Assembly: GCA_963829055.1 (NCBI GenBank)
Contig: CAWHHI010000011.1
Coordinates: 631,384 to 695,383, forward strand
Origin: an uncultured Gemmatimonadaceae bacterium
GTDB lineage: Bacteria > Gemmatimonadota > Gemmatimonadetes > Gemmatimonadales > Gemmatimonadaceae
DNA length: 64,000 nt
Direction: 5' to 3'
The notes beneath the pieces were generated by a model. The model was not told the origin of the DNA, searched no databases, and saw only the letters and a list, made by a program, of their open reading frames with translations. Positions 19,219 through 30,904 of this stretch are shown here, one piece after another (position 1 is the first letter of the stretch; every line of letters starts with the position of its first letter). The position numbers and the translations under genes were made by a program.

Positions 19219-20617
19219 CTAGCGCGCGGTACGCGGGAACGTCCACAGGAACATTTGCCCGAAGGCCGGCGTCGTTCCCCGTGCCGGCACGACCGAGAAA
19301 CGATCCACGGTCGGCGACCCGGGAGTCTGAACGGCGAACGTGTCGTCACCGAGCGGCACGACGGGCAGCTCGGCGCCGAATCGTCGGAGGACCAGGCCGT
19401 CGTCTTTCAGCCGTAGCTCGAACGAGAACCGGTTCGCATACGTCCCGACGTAGTCGGCGAGCCTAACGCCCGGCAGCGGGCTGTGGCAGCCGAGCCGCGA
19501 CGGTCGGCGATGCGGCGAACGGAACACCCAGCGGGCGAAGCGCGTCTTCGAGCGCCGCCTCGGCCACACGATCCAGGCGCACCTCGTCGCGGTTCGCGAT
19601 GATCACCACACCGACATGGCGCGCCGGGATCATCCGCACGAGCGTCGAGAAGCCGGGCATCGACCCTGGGTGCCACGTGCTCTCCTGGCCGCGCAGCGAG
19701 TCGATGAACATGCCGTAGCCGTAGCGTGTGGCGTTAGGCATGCCGGGCAATGCCACGTGCGTCGCGAACATGCTGTCGGTGACGCCGACCGGTAGCGCCT
19801 GCCTGCCGTCGATGCGGCCGCCGTTCACCAGGGCGATGACGAATCGCGACGCTTCGCGCGCGCTCGTATACAGGTAGCCGGCGGGCCAGATGCGCGTGTC
19901 GTCGGCGATGGGGCGGACGACCACGACGGAGTCGCCCTTCTGCGTCAGCTTGTGGCCCTGCGCGCGTGGATACGTCGCGGCTTCCAGCGGACGCATTGTC
20001 GACTTCATCATGCCTAACGGGCGAAGGAGCCGGTCGCGCATGAGGTCCGCGAACGGCTGCTTCGCGGACTCCTGCGTCGCCAGCCCCGCGAGCGCGAAGC
20101 CGATGTTCGAGTACGAGAACGACAATCCGGGCGGCAGGAAGGCAACCGAGTCGGGCATCTCACGAGCGGCGCGAAGCAGTGCGCCTTCGTCGGACGTGCC
20201 GTAGCTCCCTTCCCTATCGCCGAGACCCGCAGTCTGGCTGAGAAGTTGAGAAAGGGTGAGCGCGCCGAACTTTGGTCGGAGTCCGGACACGACGCGCGAG
20301 ATGGGTGCACGCAAACTCAGCGTCCCCGGGCGCGCGACGGTGAGCGCGAGAGCCGCGGTGAACGGCTTCGTGAGCGACCCGACCTGGGCGAGCAGATCGG
20401 GCGTCATCGGCGCACCGGTCTCGACATCCGCGACGCCGAAGCCACGCGCGTATACGACGCTGTCGCCGCGCACGACGACGACCTGTACGCCGGGCGTCTT
20501 CGTCGTGCGCATGACGTCTGCCGTCACGCGCTCGAGGACGTCCCAGTTGCCGGATTGCGCAGCGAGTGGCGCGGCCGCGACGTCGACTGCCAGTGCGCCG
20601 AGCGAAGTGAATCGCAT
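19219..20617 (-). CDS. Secreted serine hydrolase, beta-lactamase family with DUF3471-like tail (frameshift near 19490)
   Basis: SLTK, YSN and HPG motifs; tail LADYVGTYAN in ORF 19219..19569. Confidence 0.85.
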
Positions 20618-20620
20618 TGT

Positions 20621-20745
20621 TGTCATCCCGAGCGACAGCGACGGGATCTTCTGTGAGGTCATCGTAGCCAGTCTGGCCACGATAACGTTCAGAAGAGATC
20701 CCTCGCTACCGCTCGGGATGACAATCGCTGACGCTCGGGATGACA
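20621..20745. repeat. REP/REPIN-like element, type B
   Basis: TGTCATCCCGAGC...GCTCGGGATGACA with a duplicated right end. Confidence 0.85.
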
Positions 20746-20755
20746 GCCGCCTCGC

Positions 20756-21946
20756 TCAGGTCTTCCAGACCTCTGACAAGACTCGGATGAAGTTCCCACC
20801 GAGCACGCCCTCGATCTCGGCGTCGCTGTACTTCCGACGGATGAGTCCCTCCGTCAGGTCGAACATCCGCTTCGGATGGCTGAGCCCCTCGACGTCGATC
20901 TTCTCGCGGAAGCCGTAGCTGCCCTTGTAGCCCGCGCGCAGCTGCTTGTTCATCTCCGGCGGCATGTCGTCGTAGCCCTCGAGCGAGATGTCGCTACCCA
21001 CGCCGAGGTGCTCGGGGCCGATGAGCTTCCGCACGTGGTCGTAGTGATCGAGGACGTTCTCCACCGTCGTTGGCTCGTCGACCTTCACGAACATGCGCAC
21101 GCCCGTGATCCCCATGACGCTGCCCGCCTTGCCCACCGCCCGGATCGCGTCATCCGTCTTGCAGCGCGGATGACCCGGCGCGAGTGCTCGGCAATTCGAG
21201 TGCGTGATGAGCACCGGTCGCTTCGAGAGCTCGAACGCGTCGAGCGTCGTGCGATCACCGCAGTGCGACACGTCCACCGCCATGCCGACGGTGTTCATGC
21301 GCTCGATGATGCGCACGCCGAAGTCGCTGATGCCTTCATCGCGACGCTCGGTCGATCCATTGCCAATCAGATTGCGCGAGTTGTACGTCAACTGCGAGAC
21401 GCGCTGGCCGAGGCCGTAGAACATGTTCACGTCATCGGGCCGGCGGAAATGCTCCGAGTTCTGCAGGCCGAGCAGGACGCCGACCTTGCCGGATCCCTTG
21501 ATGCGCTTGAAGTCTGCGGCGCTGTCGATGCGGTCGAAGTACTGCGTCGAACCGGCGATGAACGAGTTCCATCCCGCAAAGAACGTCAGTCCCTGCTCGT
21601 ACGCGTTCGTGCCGCCGAGTCCGACGGCGGGATGCATCACGTTGATGCCCGAGTCGCGCCAGCGCTGAAAGTCCTTGTCCGTGAACGTCTCGGGAGCCGC
21701 CATCCACTTGTCGGCCTGTGTGAAGTTCATGCTGAGGATGCACAGCATGTCCACCACGGTCGATCGCTGCACGAGCCCGATCGCGCGCGCGGAGTACTCG
21801 GCCTCACTGAACGCGAACAGCCGGTAGCGCCCGCGATTGACGAACGGCGCTGCCACGACCGCGGCGCCCGCGACCGCGGCCTGCGCGAGCAGCGTCCGCC
21901 GCGAGATCGCGCGGCGGTCGTCGTTAGGTACGTCAGGTGCGCTCAT
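20756..21946 (-). CDS. Membrane dipeptidase (M19), Tat-exported
   Basis: SRRTLL Tat motif; QLTYN, VDVSH, ITHSN and GVGSD; ATG 21946 overlaps the upstream stop (ATGA). Confidence 0.9.
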   Translation of the reverse strand: MSAPDVPNDDRRAISRRTLLAQAAVAGAAVVAAPFVNRGRYRLFAFSEAEYSARAIGLVQRSTVVDMLCILSMNFTQADKWMAAPETFTDKDFQRWRDSGINVMHPAVGLGGTNAYEQGLTFFAGWNSFIAGSTQYFDRIDSAADFKRIKGSGKVGVLLGLQNSEHFRRPDDVNMFYGLGQRVSQLTYNSRNLIGNGSTERRDEGISDFGVRIIERMNTVGMAVDVSHCGDRTTLDAFELSKRPVLITHSNCRALAPGHPRCKTDDAIRAVGKAGSVMGITGVRMFVKVDEPTTVENVLDHYDHVRKLIGPEHLGVGSDISLEGYDDMPPEMNKQLRAGYKGSYGFREKIDVEGLSHPKRMFDLTEGLIRRKYSDAEIEGVLGGNFIRVLSEVWKT

Positions 21947-23502
21947 CGCGGCGCGCTCCCGGTTACAGCGGCGGCAGGGCGCGCCGGTCGATCGGGGACG
22001 CGCTTGAACGTCACCTGACCCGCGAGATCGAGTTGCACTTCGTCCACCTTGCCGGCCGCGTTCAGGCGGAACGTCACCGGCACCGGCGGAAGGATCGGGG
22101 TGTCGAGCTTCATACGGAACGTATCGAAGTGGTAGTGCTCGAGCGGCCCGCGCCACGTCGGCCCGAAGGCGAGGTTCAACGTTCCGTTGGCCTCGGTGAC
22201 ATCCAGGACGCCGTACGCGCTGTCGGCATACGTGCCCACGTACCCCGAAAGCGGGAGCGACGGCTTCGTGTTGGCGACGCGCTGCTCCGTTCGACCCTGC
22301 GCCGCGCGCGCCCGCGCCATCATGCTGTCCTGGCGCGCGTGGAGCTCCCCGCTCCAGTCCTTGGCCGGCCGCTTGAGCTGCAGGTCGAGCGTCTTGAGCA
22401 TGAGCGCGGTGGGCAGCGTCGAGCCGTTCATGTTCGAGAGGATGACGATGCCGAACTTGTCTTCCGGGAGCATGGCGACGAGCGCCGTCATGCCGTCGAT
22501 GTTGCCGCCGTGCTGGACGAGGTACTTGCCCTCGTAGTCGCTCAGGAACCACCCGAGCCCGTAGGCCATGAGGTGAGCCGACGGGTTCATGTTGCCCATT
22601 CCGCCGTCGCGGCGAATGATCATCTGCGCGGTGCGCATCTCGTCGACCATGCGCTTGCTGATGAGTTGCTTGCCCTGGAACTTGCCGTCGCCGAGATGCA
22701 GCCGGACCCACTGCGCCATGTCGACCGCGTTCGAGTTGATCGACCCTGCCGGCGCGATGTTGTCGATCTGCCGGTACGGAATGGCGCGGACGGTGTCGTT
22801 CAGCTCAGCGTGCGGCGCGGCGACGTCCTCGATGCCCTTGAGCGCGGAGACGGACGTGTTGCTCGAGGTCATTCCGAGCGGCTGGAAAATGCGCTGCTTG
22901 ATGAAGTCGTCCCACGACGCGTTCGTCGTCTTCGCGACGATCTGCCCGGCCGCGAGGAACATGATGTTCTGGTAGCCGAACGTCGAGCGGAAGCTCCACG
23001 TGGGCGGGAGGTAACGCACGCGTCGGAGGATCTCGTCCCGGTCATACGCCGAGCCATACCAGATGAGCTCACCGCGCGCGAGGCCGCTGCGATGACTCAG
23101 GAGATCGCGGACGGTGATCTCGCGCGACGCGAAGGGATCGGCGAGTTGGAAGTTGGGGAGATACGTGTTGGCCGCCGCGTCGAGTCGCACCTTCCCGCTA
23201 TCGACGAGCATGGCCACGGCGGCAGACGTGAACGCCTTGGACGAGGACCCGATGGCGAACAGCGTGTGCTCGTCGACGGGCGCCGGCTTGCCGATCTCGC
23301 GCACGCCGTAGCCCTTGGCGTAGATGACCGAGTCGTTGCGCACGATGGCGACGGACGCGCCAGGCACCTTCCACGTGGCGAGCGCGGCGCGCACGTACGC
23401 GTCGAAGCCGGGGTACGGCTCGCGCTGCTGCTGCGCGGTCGCCGGTGATGCCAACGCGAGCACGGCGAGTATGCCGGTCGCGATGGTACGAGTGCGCCTC
23501 AT
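21943..23502 (-). CDS. Secreted serine hydrolase, beta-lactamase family with DUF3471
   Basis: SSSK, LLSHRSGL, YQN, HGG and YVGTYAD; signal peptide. Confidence 0.92.
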   Translation of the reverse strand: MRRTRTIATGILAVLALASPATAQQQREPYPGFDAYVRAALATWKVPGASVAIVRNDSVIYAKGYGVREIGKPAPVDEHTLFAIGSSSKAFTSAAVAMLVDSGKVRLDAAANTYLPNFQLADPFASREITVRDLLSHRSGLARGELIWYGSAYDRDEILRRVRYLPPTWSFRSTFGYQNIMFLAAGQIVAKTTNASWDDFIKQRIFQPLGMTSSNTSVSALKGIEDVAAPHAELNDTVRAIPYRQIDNIAPAGSINSNAVDMAQWVRLHLGDGKFQGKQLISKRMVDEMRTAQMIIRRDGGMGNMNPSAHLMAYGLGWFLSDYEGKYLVQHGGNIDGMTALVAMLPEDKFGIVILSNMNGSTLPTALMLKTLDLQLKRPAKDWSGELHARQDSMMARARAAQGRTEQRVANTKPSLPLSGYVGTYADSAYGVLDVTEANGTLNLAFGPTWRGPLEHYHFDTFRMKLDTPILPPVPVTFRLNAAGKVDEVQLDLAGQVTFKRVPDRPARPAAAVTGSAPR

Positions 23503-23589
23503 GGACTGGCTCCCTGTCGAGAAGAAAATGGTCGTGAATTGCTGTGTGCCAAATTGGTATACCAAACGGCCCAACGCCAGTCCGGCGGC

Positions 23590-23717
23590 TGTCATTCCGA
23601 GCGGAGCCGCGGAGCGGCGGAGTCGAGGAATCGCGATCGTACTGGCAGAGAGGCCCTCTACCGGGATGATCGCGATTCCTCGACTTGCGGCCCTTCGGGC
23701 CTCCGCTCGGAATGACG
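23590..23717. repeat. REP/REPIN-like element, type A
   Basis: TGTCATTCCGAGCG...GAGGAATCGCGATC...GATCGCGATTCCTCG...GCTCGGAATGAC. Confidence 0.9.
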
Positions 23718-23719
23718 TC

Positions 23720-25405
23720 TTACCTCACGACCAGACGCGTGAACGGCCACACGTACGCCAGCAGCATCACCCAGATGCCGACCAGCGCCGCCAACGCGAT
23801 GCTGTGCCGGAACACGTAGCGCAGAATCCGCGACTCGTGCCCGTACCACCGCGTTGCCGTGCTCGCGACCACGATGCTCTGCGCATCGATCATCTTCCCC
23901 ATGACGCCGCCCGCGCTGTTCGACGCCGCCATGAGCGTCGGGCTCACACCCACCTTCTGCGCCGTGATCGTCTGCAGGCTCCCGAACAGCACGTTCGATG
24001 ACGTATCCGAGCCCGTGAGCGCCACGCCAAGCCAGCCGAGCATCGTGCCGAAAAACGGGTAGAGCACGCCCGTGTGCGCGAACGCGAGCCCGAGGATCGC
24101 ATCCTGTCCGGCATAGCGAGCCGTGTAGCCGAGCGCCAACATCGCGGCGATCGTGATGAGCGACGTGCTCGCGCGTTTGAGCGTCGCCACGTACGTCCGC
24201 GCGATGTCTGTCGGGCGAGAGCCAATGGCGATCCCCGTGATCAGTGCCGCCAGCAGAATCGCCGTGCCGGTCGCCGACAGCCAGTTGAACGTGAAGACGG
24301 CCGCCTCGGGAGCGGCCGTTGGCACCACGGGCGGGATGCGGAAGACCGCCTTATCGAGGCCGGCGATCGGGATCTTGGGCGCCGAGATGTTGTTGAGAAT
24401 CGTCTTCACCTGCGGGAGCCCCCAGGCGAACACGAGGACGCTCAGCACCACCCACGGCAGATACGCGCGTGAGCTGGCCCGCCCCGCGGTTGGATTCGCG
24501 GGCGCTGGCGTGAACCCAGCGGGCTCGGCTCCGACCGTTGATCCGGCCACCGAGCTGTCCGCGTTAGGCTCGGCGCGCGTGCCAGCCCAGAGCGCCTTCG
24601 GCTGCCAGCGTCTCAGGAACGCCGCGAGCGCGCCCATCGACACGACCGACGCGACGATGTCCACGAGCCACGGCCCGTGAAAGTTCGAGACGAGAAACTG
24701 CGGCACCGCGAACGCGACGCCGGCGACGAGCACCGCGGGCCACACCTCGAGCATGCCGCGGAACCCGGCGTACGCCCAGATGAGCCAGAACGGGACGATC
24801 AGCGAGAACAGTGGGAGCTGACGTCCGACCATGGCGCTCAGGTCGTTGAGGTCCAATCCGGTCACACCCTGCAGCGCGATGATCGGCGTGCCGAGCGCGC
24901 CGTACGCCACAGGCGCGGTGTTCGCGATGAGCGAGAGACCGGACGCCTCGAGCGGTCCGAAGCCGAGCGCGATGAGCAGCGCGCCAGTGACGGCGACCGG
25001 CGTCCCGAAACCGGCCGCGCCCTCGAAGAACGCGCCGAAGCAGAACGCGACGAACAGCAGCTGTAGCCGCCGGTCAGCCGTTAGGCGCGTGATCCCGACG
25101 CGGAGCTCGTCCACGAGACCGCGCTCGCTCGCCAGCGCGTGCAGAAAGAGCACGTTGAGCACGATCCAGCCGATGGGAAAGAAGCCGTACGCGGCGCCGA
25201 ACGCGGCCGCCCGAAGGGCCATCCCCGCCGGCATGCCCTGCGCGACGATCGCGACGGCGAGAGCAGCGGCGAGCCCGAGCAGAGCCGCGTAGTGCGCCCG
25301 AACGCCGTGACGCGCGAGCAACCCGAGCAGCACGACGAGCGGCAGCGCCGCGATGAGCGTCGAGAAGACCGGCGAGTTGAGCGGATCGTAGGCCTGGTTC
25401 CACAT
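23720..25405 (-). CDS. lctP: L-lactate permease (LctP family)
   Basis: MWNQAYDP start; FFEGAAGFGTPVA, LIANTAPVAYGALG, TGSDTSSNVLFG and GKMIDAQSI. Confidence 0.92.
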   Translation of the reverse strand: MWNQAYDPLNSPVFSTLIAALPLVVLLGLLARHGVRAHYAALLGLAAALAVAIVAQGMPAGMALRAAAFGAAYGFFPIGWIVLNVLFLHALASERGLVDELRVGITRLTADRRLQLLFVAFCFGAFFEGAAGFGTPVAVTGALLIALGFGPLEASGLSLIANTAPVAYGALGTPIIALQGVTGLDLNDLSAMVGRQLPLFSLIVPFWLIWAYAGFRGMLEVWPAVLVAGVAFAVPQFLVSNFHGPWLVDIVASVVSMGALAAFLRRWQPKALWAGTRAEPNADSSVAGSTVGAEPAGFTPAPANPTAGRASSRAYLPWVVLSVLVFAWGLPQVKTILNNISAPKIPIAGLDKAVFRIPPVVPTAAPEAAVFTFNWLSATGTAILLAALITGIAIGSRPTDIARTYVATLKRASTSLITIAAMLALGYTARYAGQDAILGLAFAHTGVLYPFFGTMLGWLGVALTGSDTSSNVLFGSLQTITAQKVGVSPTLMAASNSAGGVMGKMIDAQSIVVASTATRWYGHESRILRYVFRHSIALAALVGIWVMLLAYVWPFTRLVVR

Positions 25406-25446
25406 AGGTCCGTCGTTGTCCGAAGCTAGAGTTTGCCGGCGGCACA

Positions 25447-26970
25447 ATGCTCGCTCAGAGGCGAGACATGATCCATGGGAACCAAACAATCGAGCCGAGT
25501 CCGCGGCGACGCCCGTTGCAGGTGCTGCACCTCGCGGCCCTCATGGCCGCCTGGTGCGTAGCCACCACCTGCTCTGCGACGCGCGAACCGGCGAAGTCGT
25601 CCATCACGATATCGCGCGTGGTGCCGGGACGCGACCTGTTCGTCGTGCCCAATCCGCACAACGCGCTCTCCACCGTCGTCACGTTCGACGCGCGAGGATT
25701 CGACTCCGCCCGCGTCGTGTACTGGTCGGCGGGCGAACCGCCTCGCGCCACGCCGTTCTCCAGAGCGCAGGGCGTCGGCCGGATCGTCACGCTCGGACTC
25801 CGACCGGAGACCGCATACCTCCACGTTCTGGAACGGGTGCGCGGCGATCAGGTGATCACGTCGGACACGGTTCAGTCGAACTCGGGCAGCCTCCCCGAAT
25901 ACCTTCGCCGCGCGCACATGCGGATGACGGGACGACCGACCAGCGGCTACGTCCTGACGGCGATGGCGGACTCGGGGCGCACGGGCTTCGTCGTCGCCTT
26001 CGATTCCACGGGGCAGCTCCGCTGGTACCGCGAGTTTCCCGGCGAGATGCCCACCGGCGAGACGAAGCAGCAGCCTAACGGGGACTTCACCGTGTTTCTC
26101 GGGCGGACGCCGGGCTGGATGTTCTTTCCCGGCTCGTACGAGCAGTTCCGCCCGAGTGGCGAGGTGGTCCGAACCATCATGGCGCCACCCCCGATGTACA
26201 CGGACAACCACGAGCTCGTGCTCACGTTCCGCGACACCACGTTCGAGGCGGCGCACTTCTTCAGCTTCGACGGACGGCCCGGTGACATCTCGCAGTGGGG
26301 CGGCCCGCGCGACACGCTGATCATCGGGCATCAGCTCGTGCGCATGGGCGCGGATGGTATGCCTCAGACCGTGCTCGATGGCTGGAATCATTTCAGCTGG
26401 AAGGACCGGATCGAGCCGCCGCGTGATACGCTCTACGACTTCGATCACCCTAACGCGCTCGACTTCGACCACGACGGCAACTACATCGTCTCGTACCGCA
26501 ACATGGGCGAGATCACGAAGATCGACGCGAAGAGCGGCGCGATCATCTGGCGCCTCGGCGGCCGCAACAACCAGTTCACGATCCGGAACGATCCATTCAA
26601 CGGCTTCAGCGCCCAGCACTCCGCACGCATCCTCGACAACGGCAACCTGCTGCTGTACGACAACGGCACACGCCACACGCCGCCGGAAACGCGAGTGGTC
26701 GAGTACCGTCTCGATCCTGACGCGAAGACCGCCGACATGGTGTGGCAGTACCGGCACTCGCCGCCGTTCTACGTCCCGTACACAGGGTCCGTGCAGCGAC
26801 TCAAGAGTGGGAACACGGTGATCGGCTACAGCAACCGCGGGATCGTCACGGAGGTGGACCAGAAGGGAGCCGTGGTGTGGGAAGGAACGGTCATGGTGAA
26901 CCCGGACAGGCCGGGCGACTTCTACCGCGCGATCAAGATCGCGTCGCTGTACCGCTACGAGCGACCTTGA
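25447..26970 (+). CDS. Aryl-sulfate sulfotransferase (ASST) family protein
   Basis: PNPHNALS N-terminal domain; DNHE, HPNA, WRLGG, AQH, LLYDNG and GSVQRLKSGN; start uncertain. Confidence 0.85.
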   Translation: MLAQRRDMIHGNQTIEPSPRRRPLQVLHLAALMAAWCVATTCSATREPAKSSITISRVVPGRDLFVVPNPHNALSTVVTFDARGFDSARVVYWSAGEPPRATPFSRAQGVGRIVTLGLRPETAYLHVLERVRGDQVITSDTVQSNSGSLPEYLRRAHMRMTGRPTSGYVLTAMADSGRTGFVVAFDSTGQLRWYREFPGEMPTGETKQQPNGDFTVFLGRTPGWMFFPGSYEQFRPSGEVVRTIMAPPPMYTDNHELVLTFRDTTFEAAHFFSFDGRPGDISQWGGPRDTLIIGHQLVRMGADGMPQTVLDGWNHFSWKDRIEPPRDTLYDFDHPNALDFDHDGNYIVSYRNMGEITKIDAKSGAIIWRLGGRNNQFTIRNDPFNGFSAQHSARILDNGNLLLYDNGTRHTPPETRVVEYRLDPDAKTADMVWQYRHSPPFYVPYTGSVQRLKSGNTVIGYSNRGIVTEVDQKGAVVWEGTVMVNPDRPGDFYRAIKIASLYRYERP

Positions 26971-27014
26971 TACGCGCGGACACGTGCTACGCTCGGACTT
27001 CGCCGGGACGGGCT

Positions 27015-30000
27015 CTACTCTCGTCCCGGCAGTCTTCTGCCCGACGACCTTCAAGAGCTCACGCACCGCCGCGTCGAGCTGCGAATCCTTGCCGGTGTAA
27101 CTCTCGCCGATCGGTCGCTCGACCAGGACGTCGACCTGGCCGCGGGTTCATCTCCATCACCTTGCCGTCGCTGCCGCGAATCACCGTGGACGGAATGCGC
27201 AGCGACGAGCCGTCGATCAGGTTCACGTTCGACGTGTAGATGATCCAGCCCGCCGTCGGCTCACCGATCACGGGACCGAGCTTCAACGTCCGGTACCCCT
27301 CCGTGAAATCCTCGGCGTCCGAGAGCGAGTGCTGATCCGTCACCAGCGCCGTCGGTGCCTCGAGCGACCGCTGGCCTAGCACCGTTCGCGCTGGGGCCTC
27401 GACGCCGCCACGCGATGTCATCGTCATGTAGCCCTTCCGCGCGAAGACATCGATCGCGTACGCGTTGACGAAGCCGCCGTTGTTGTGCCGCACGTCGATC
27501 ACGACGCCCTCGCGCGTCTGATTCTCCGCGTCCAGATCCACGTACAACTGCGCGAGCGAGCCCGCGCCCATGTCGAACATGTGCACGTAGCCGAGTCGGC
27601 CGCCGCTCGCCTTGGCGACGTAGGCGCGGCGTTCCTCGACCCACTCGCGGTACAGCAGCGCCTTCTCGGTCTGTGCGTTGATCGGGACGGACGGCGACGT
27701 CCACCGCTTCTCCGTCCGCGCTCGGTGCCATGGACAACACGACGCGCCGGCCAATCGTGTTCGACAGCAGCTCGTCCAGGTTCGTGCGGGCATCGATCTT
27801 CTGCCCGTCCACGGCCGTGAGGTACTGGCCCGCCTTGATGCCGGCGATGGCCGCGGCGCCTAACGGGACGACGCCCGTCACCTTCAGCCGGCCGTTCGCC
27901 TCGTATTCCCCACGGTCGAAGCGAAGTCCAATGCGCCCGGTCGTGGGGCCAGGGCCGCCACCAGGGCCGCCGACGCCCGAATGAGAGGCGTTCAGCTCGC
28001 CGACCATGAGGTTCAGCATCCGACGCATCTCGTCAGGCGTCCTGGCGCCGGCGATATGCGGCGCATAACGCGTTCGCACCGCCGCCCAGTCGACGCCGTT
28101 CATCGTCGAGTCGGCGAAGTTGTCCGCGAGGTACCGCCACGCCTGCGAGAACACCTCCATCTTCTCGTCGTCGAAGTTGACGTCCATCTCCGCCGTCACC
28201 GCCACGGGGCGCGCCTGACGCGACTCGACGTTCACGCTGTTGATGCGTCCCTGTTCGAGGAAGAAGACTTCCTTCCCGTCGGGCGACCACTGGGCATCGC
28301 GCTTGGCGCCGGCCGTCGACGTGAGCTGCCGAGCCACGGCCGGATCGCGCGAGAGCTCGTCGAGCGGGTAGACGTACAGATTCTGCTGGCCACCCGCCGT
28401 CGCCGGAGCAGCAACGACTTGCCGTCCGGGCTGATCGACGTGCGTCGCGACCGACACGCCGACGTCGAGCATCGACAGGCGGCGCCGGATGTCGTCGAAC
28501 ACGATCTGGACCGGCGCGCGGCGCGCTCGCCGCGTTAGGCCGCGGCGGCGCTGTCGCCGGGAGTGGTGCGGCGGGTGGAGTCGGTCGCTGGCAACGGCGC
28601 CGGGGTCGGTGGACGTCGGCTGCGCCGGACGTCGGCTGCGCCGGATTCGGCTGCGCCGGAGTTCCGCGTCTCGACGCGGAACAGATCGCGGAACTGATCC
28701 TCGCGGAATCGCGGCGTGCGCAGCGACGAGGTCGATGCGCGCGAGCTGGCGATCCTCCGTGCGCTGCGACGAGTCGTAGATCAGATACGTGCCGTCCGTG
28801 CTCCACGAGATCGTGCCGCCCGAGACGTTCGCGAGGAACGTCACCTGCCGACTCTCGCCGCCGGCCGACGGCACGACGTACACGTTGCTGAACGATCGCG
28901 CGGCTTCTGGTCGACGTACGCGATCCAGCGGCCATCCGGCGACCAGGCCACCGACCCGTCAGCCGTGAACGGCACGCGGTCGAGCTGTCGCGCGCGCGAG
29001 CAGGCGGTCGCGCTTCGTATCGACGTCCACTACGCGCAGCTCTCGGCCGCCGCGCTGAAACACGATCGACTTGCCGTCGGGCGAGAACACGGGCGTGACA
29101 TCGCCCGACGGCGCTTGCGTGAGCCGCGTCTCCTGTCCGCGTGCGAGAAATCGTAGAGGTAGAGCCCCTGCGATCCGTCGCGGTCGGACACGTACACGAG
29201 GCGCCGGCTGTCCGGCGCCCACGTCACCTGGCGCTCTCTGCCCGCGCGTCGATGTCACGCGCGTGGCGTTCCCACCATCGCGCGCAGACGCCGCGAAGAC
29301 CTCGCCATGGACGACGAACGCGACCTTCTTGCCGTCCGGCGCGAGCGCCATCTCCTCGAGGCCGTTGGTCAGCGTCAGGCGCTCGACCGACGGGCCGGCC
29401 GGCGCGCCGCGCAACGTGATGGGCACCGCCTTCGCGTCGCCGGACTGCGTGTCGAGCGTCCAGATGCCGAAGTCGCGCTCGAACGCGATCATCCGGCCGT
29501 CCGTCGAGATGGTCGGCCACAGCACGCGCCCACTCGTGAACCGCGTGACCACCGACGGCTCGCCGCCGACGGGCCGCTTCACAATGTTCTGCGGACCGTC
29601 GCGGTCGGACACGTAGTACAGCGTGCGACCATCGGGCGTCCACATGGGCCACGTGTCCTTGGACTTGCCGGCGCTCACACGCTCGTAGCGCATCGCCTGC
29701 GGGTCGCGGAGGATCCAGATCTCCGATTCGTCGAGGTGGCTCCGGCCATTCCGCCACCACTGGCCGGACGTCGTCCCGCGCGCGGTGATGGCGATCGCGC
29801 CGCCGTTAGGCGCCGGCGCGGCCCAGTACTCGTTGGTGTACCGATCGGCGCTGACCGGCATCGGCGTCCCGCCTTCGGCGCTGACGCGGAATACGTCGTT
29901 CATCCCCGCGATCTCGCGGCTCGACGATGAGAAGTACACCCAGCGCCCGTCGGGCGACCACGCGTCGAGCTGATCGGGAAGATCGTCGAACGTCAGACGA

Positions 30001-30338
30001 CGGATGTCGCCGGTCGCGAACGTGAGCATGTAGACGTCGCCGCCGCCGGTCCGCGTGGAGATGAACGCGAGGCGCTTCCCGTCCGGCGAGTACAGCGGCC
30101 GCGACTCGTTGGCGGGGTGCGAGACGAGCAGCCGGGCGACGCCGCCTGACGAGGGAACGGTCCAGATGTCGCCGCCGGACGCGAACGCGATCTCGGCATG
30201 GTCGGGCGAGATCCCGGGTTCGGCGAACGTGGGCACGGCCGCCGGCGACTGGCTCTGCGCGCTTACGGCCGAGGCGGTAACGAGACAGGATGTGAAGGAC
30301 GCGAGGGCGTACCCGAGCTGACGATGCCGTCGAGTCAT
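27015..30338 (-). CDS. Tricorn-like S41 protease with PD40 repeats (multiple frameshifts)
   Basis: PD40 repeats (SPDG/WSPDG); MVGELNASH, PDZ, LGYVH, IDVRHNNGG, SLSDAEDF and IGEPTAG across ORFs 28959..30338, 27261..28883 and 27059..27793; 3' end approximate. Confidence 0.9.
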
Positions 30339-30436
30339 TGGCTACTCCGGGCGGGGCGGTGACGGACAGGATGCGCGGCGCACTGACAGCGGCGCGGGCT
30401 CATTCTGGTGCACTGCCGCCGTTGACGCCAGCAGAG

Positions 30437-30822
30437 TGCCATCCCGAGCGTGTGTGTCATCATCCCGGGCAAGGCGGATGTCATCCCGAGCGTCAGCGAG
30501 GGACCTTCTTGAACGTCCTCGTGGCCGGTCTGGTTACGATCCCAGCACGAAAGGGTCGCTGACACAGGCCAATCCGCTGAGCCCGCAAGAGAAGAGCAAA
30601 CGACAACAGAGACAGGATTGCCAGGATTGGCAGGATTAACGGGATGTCGCGGGGCGGCCGGGATCGGCCGCAGTTCAATCCTGTCCATCCTGCAAATCCT
30701 GTCTGCTGTTGTCTTGTCTGTGTCATCCCGAGCAGCCGCGAGGGATCTCGTGTGAGGGCATCGTAGCCGACACTAGCCACGATCACGTTCGAGAAGATCC
30801 CTCGCGGCCGCTCGGGATGACC
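30437..30822. repeat. Composite mosaic repeat, copy 1 (type B REP halves plus CAGGATT hairpin)
   Basis: TGTCATCCCGAGC units; AATCCGCTGAGCC; ACAGGATTGCCAGGATTGGCAGGATT...AATCCTGTCCATCCTGCAAATCCTGT. Confidence 0.85.
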
Positions 30823-30904
30823 TGACAATCAGCTATCAGGATTGCCCGTCAGAAGGTGCGTCGTTCACCGTCAGGCTCTCGGGCGATCATCACATCGCGT
30901 CGGA

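Noticed and set aside
20756..22711. 651-aa ORF as a long fusion protein
   Set aside because: The N-terminal 255 aa are an alternate-frame overlap of the serine hydrolase; the dipeptidase starts at ATG 21946 with a Tat signal.
25426..27066. 546-aa minus-strand ORF and similar long antisense ORFs (21937..23448, 17578..18870, 20876..22018, 60006..61106)
   Set aside because: Shadow ORFs typical of high-GC DNA, opposite well-supported genes, Arg/Ala-rich and motif-free.
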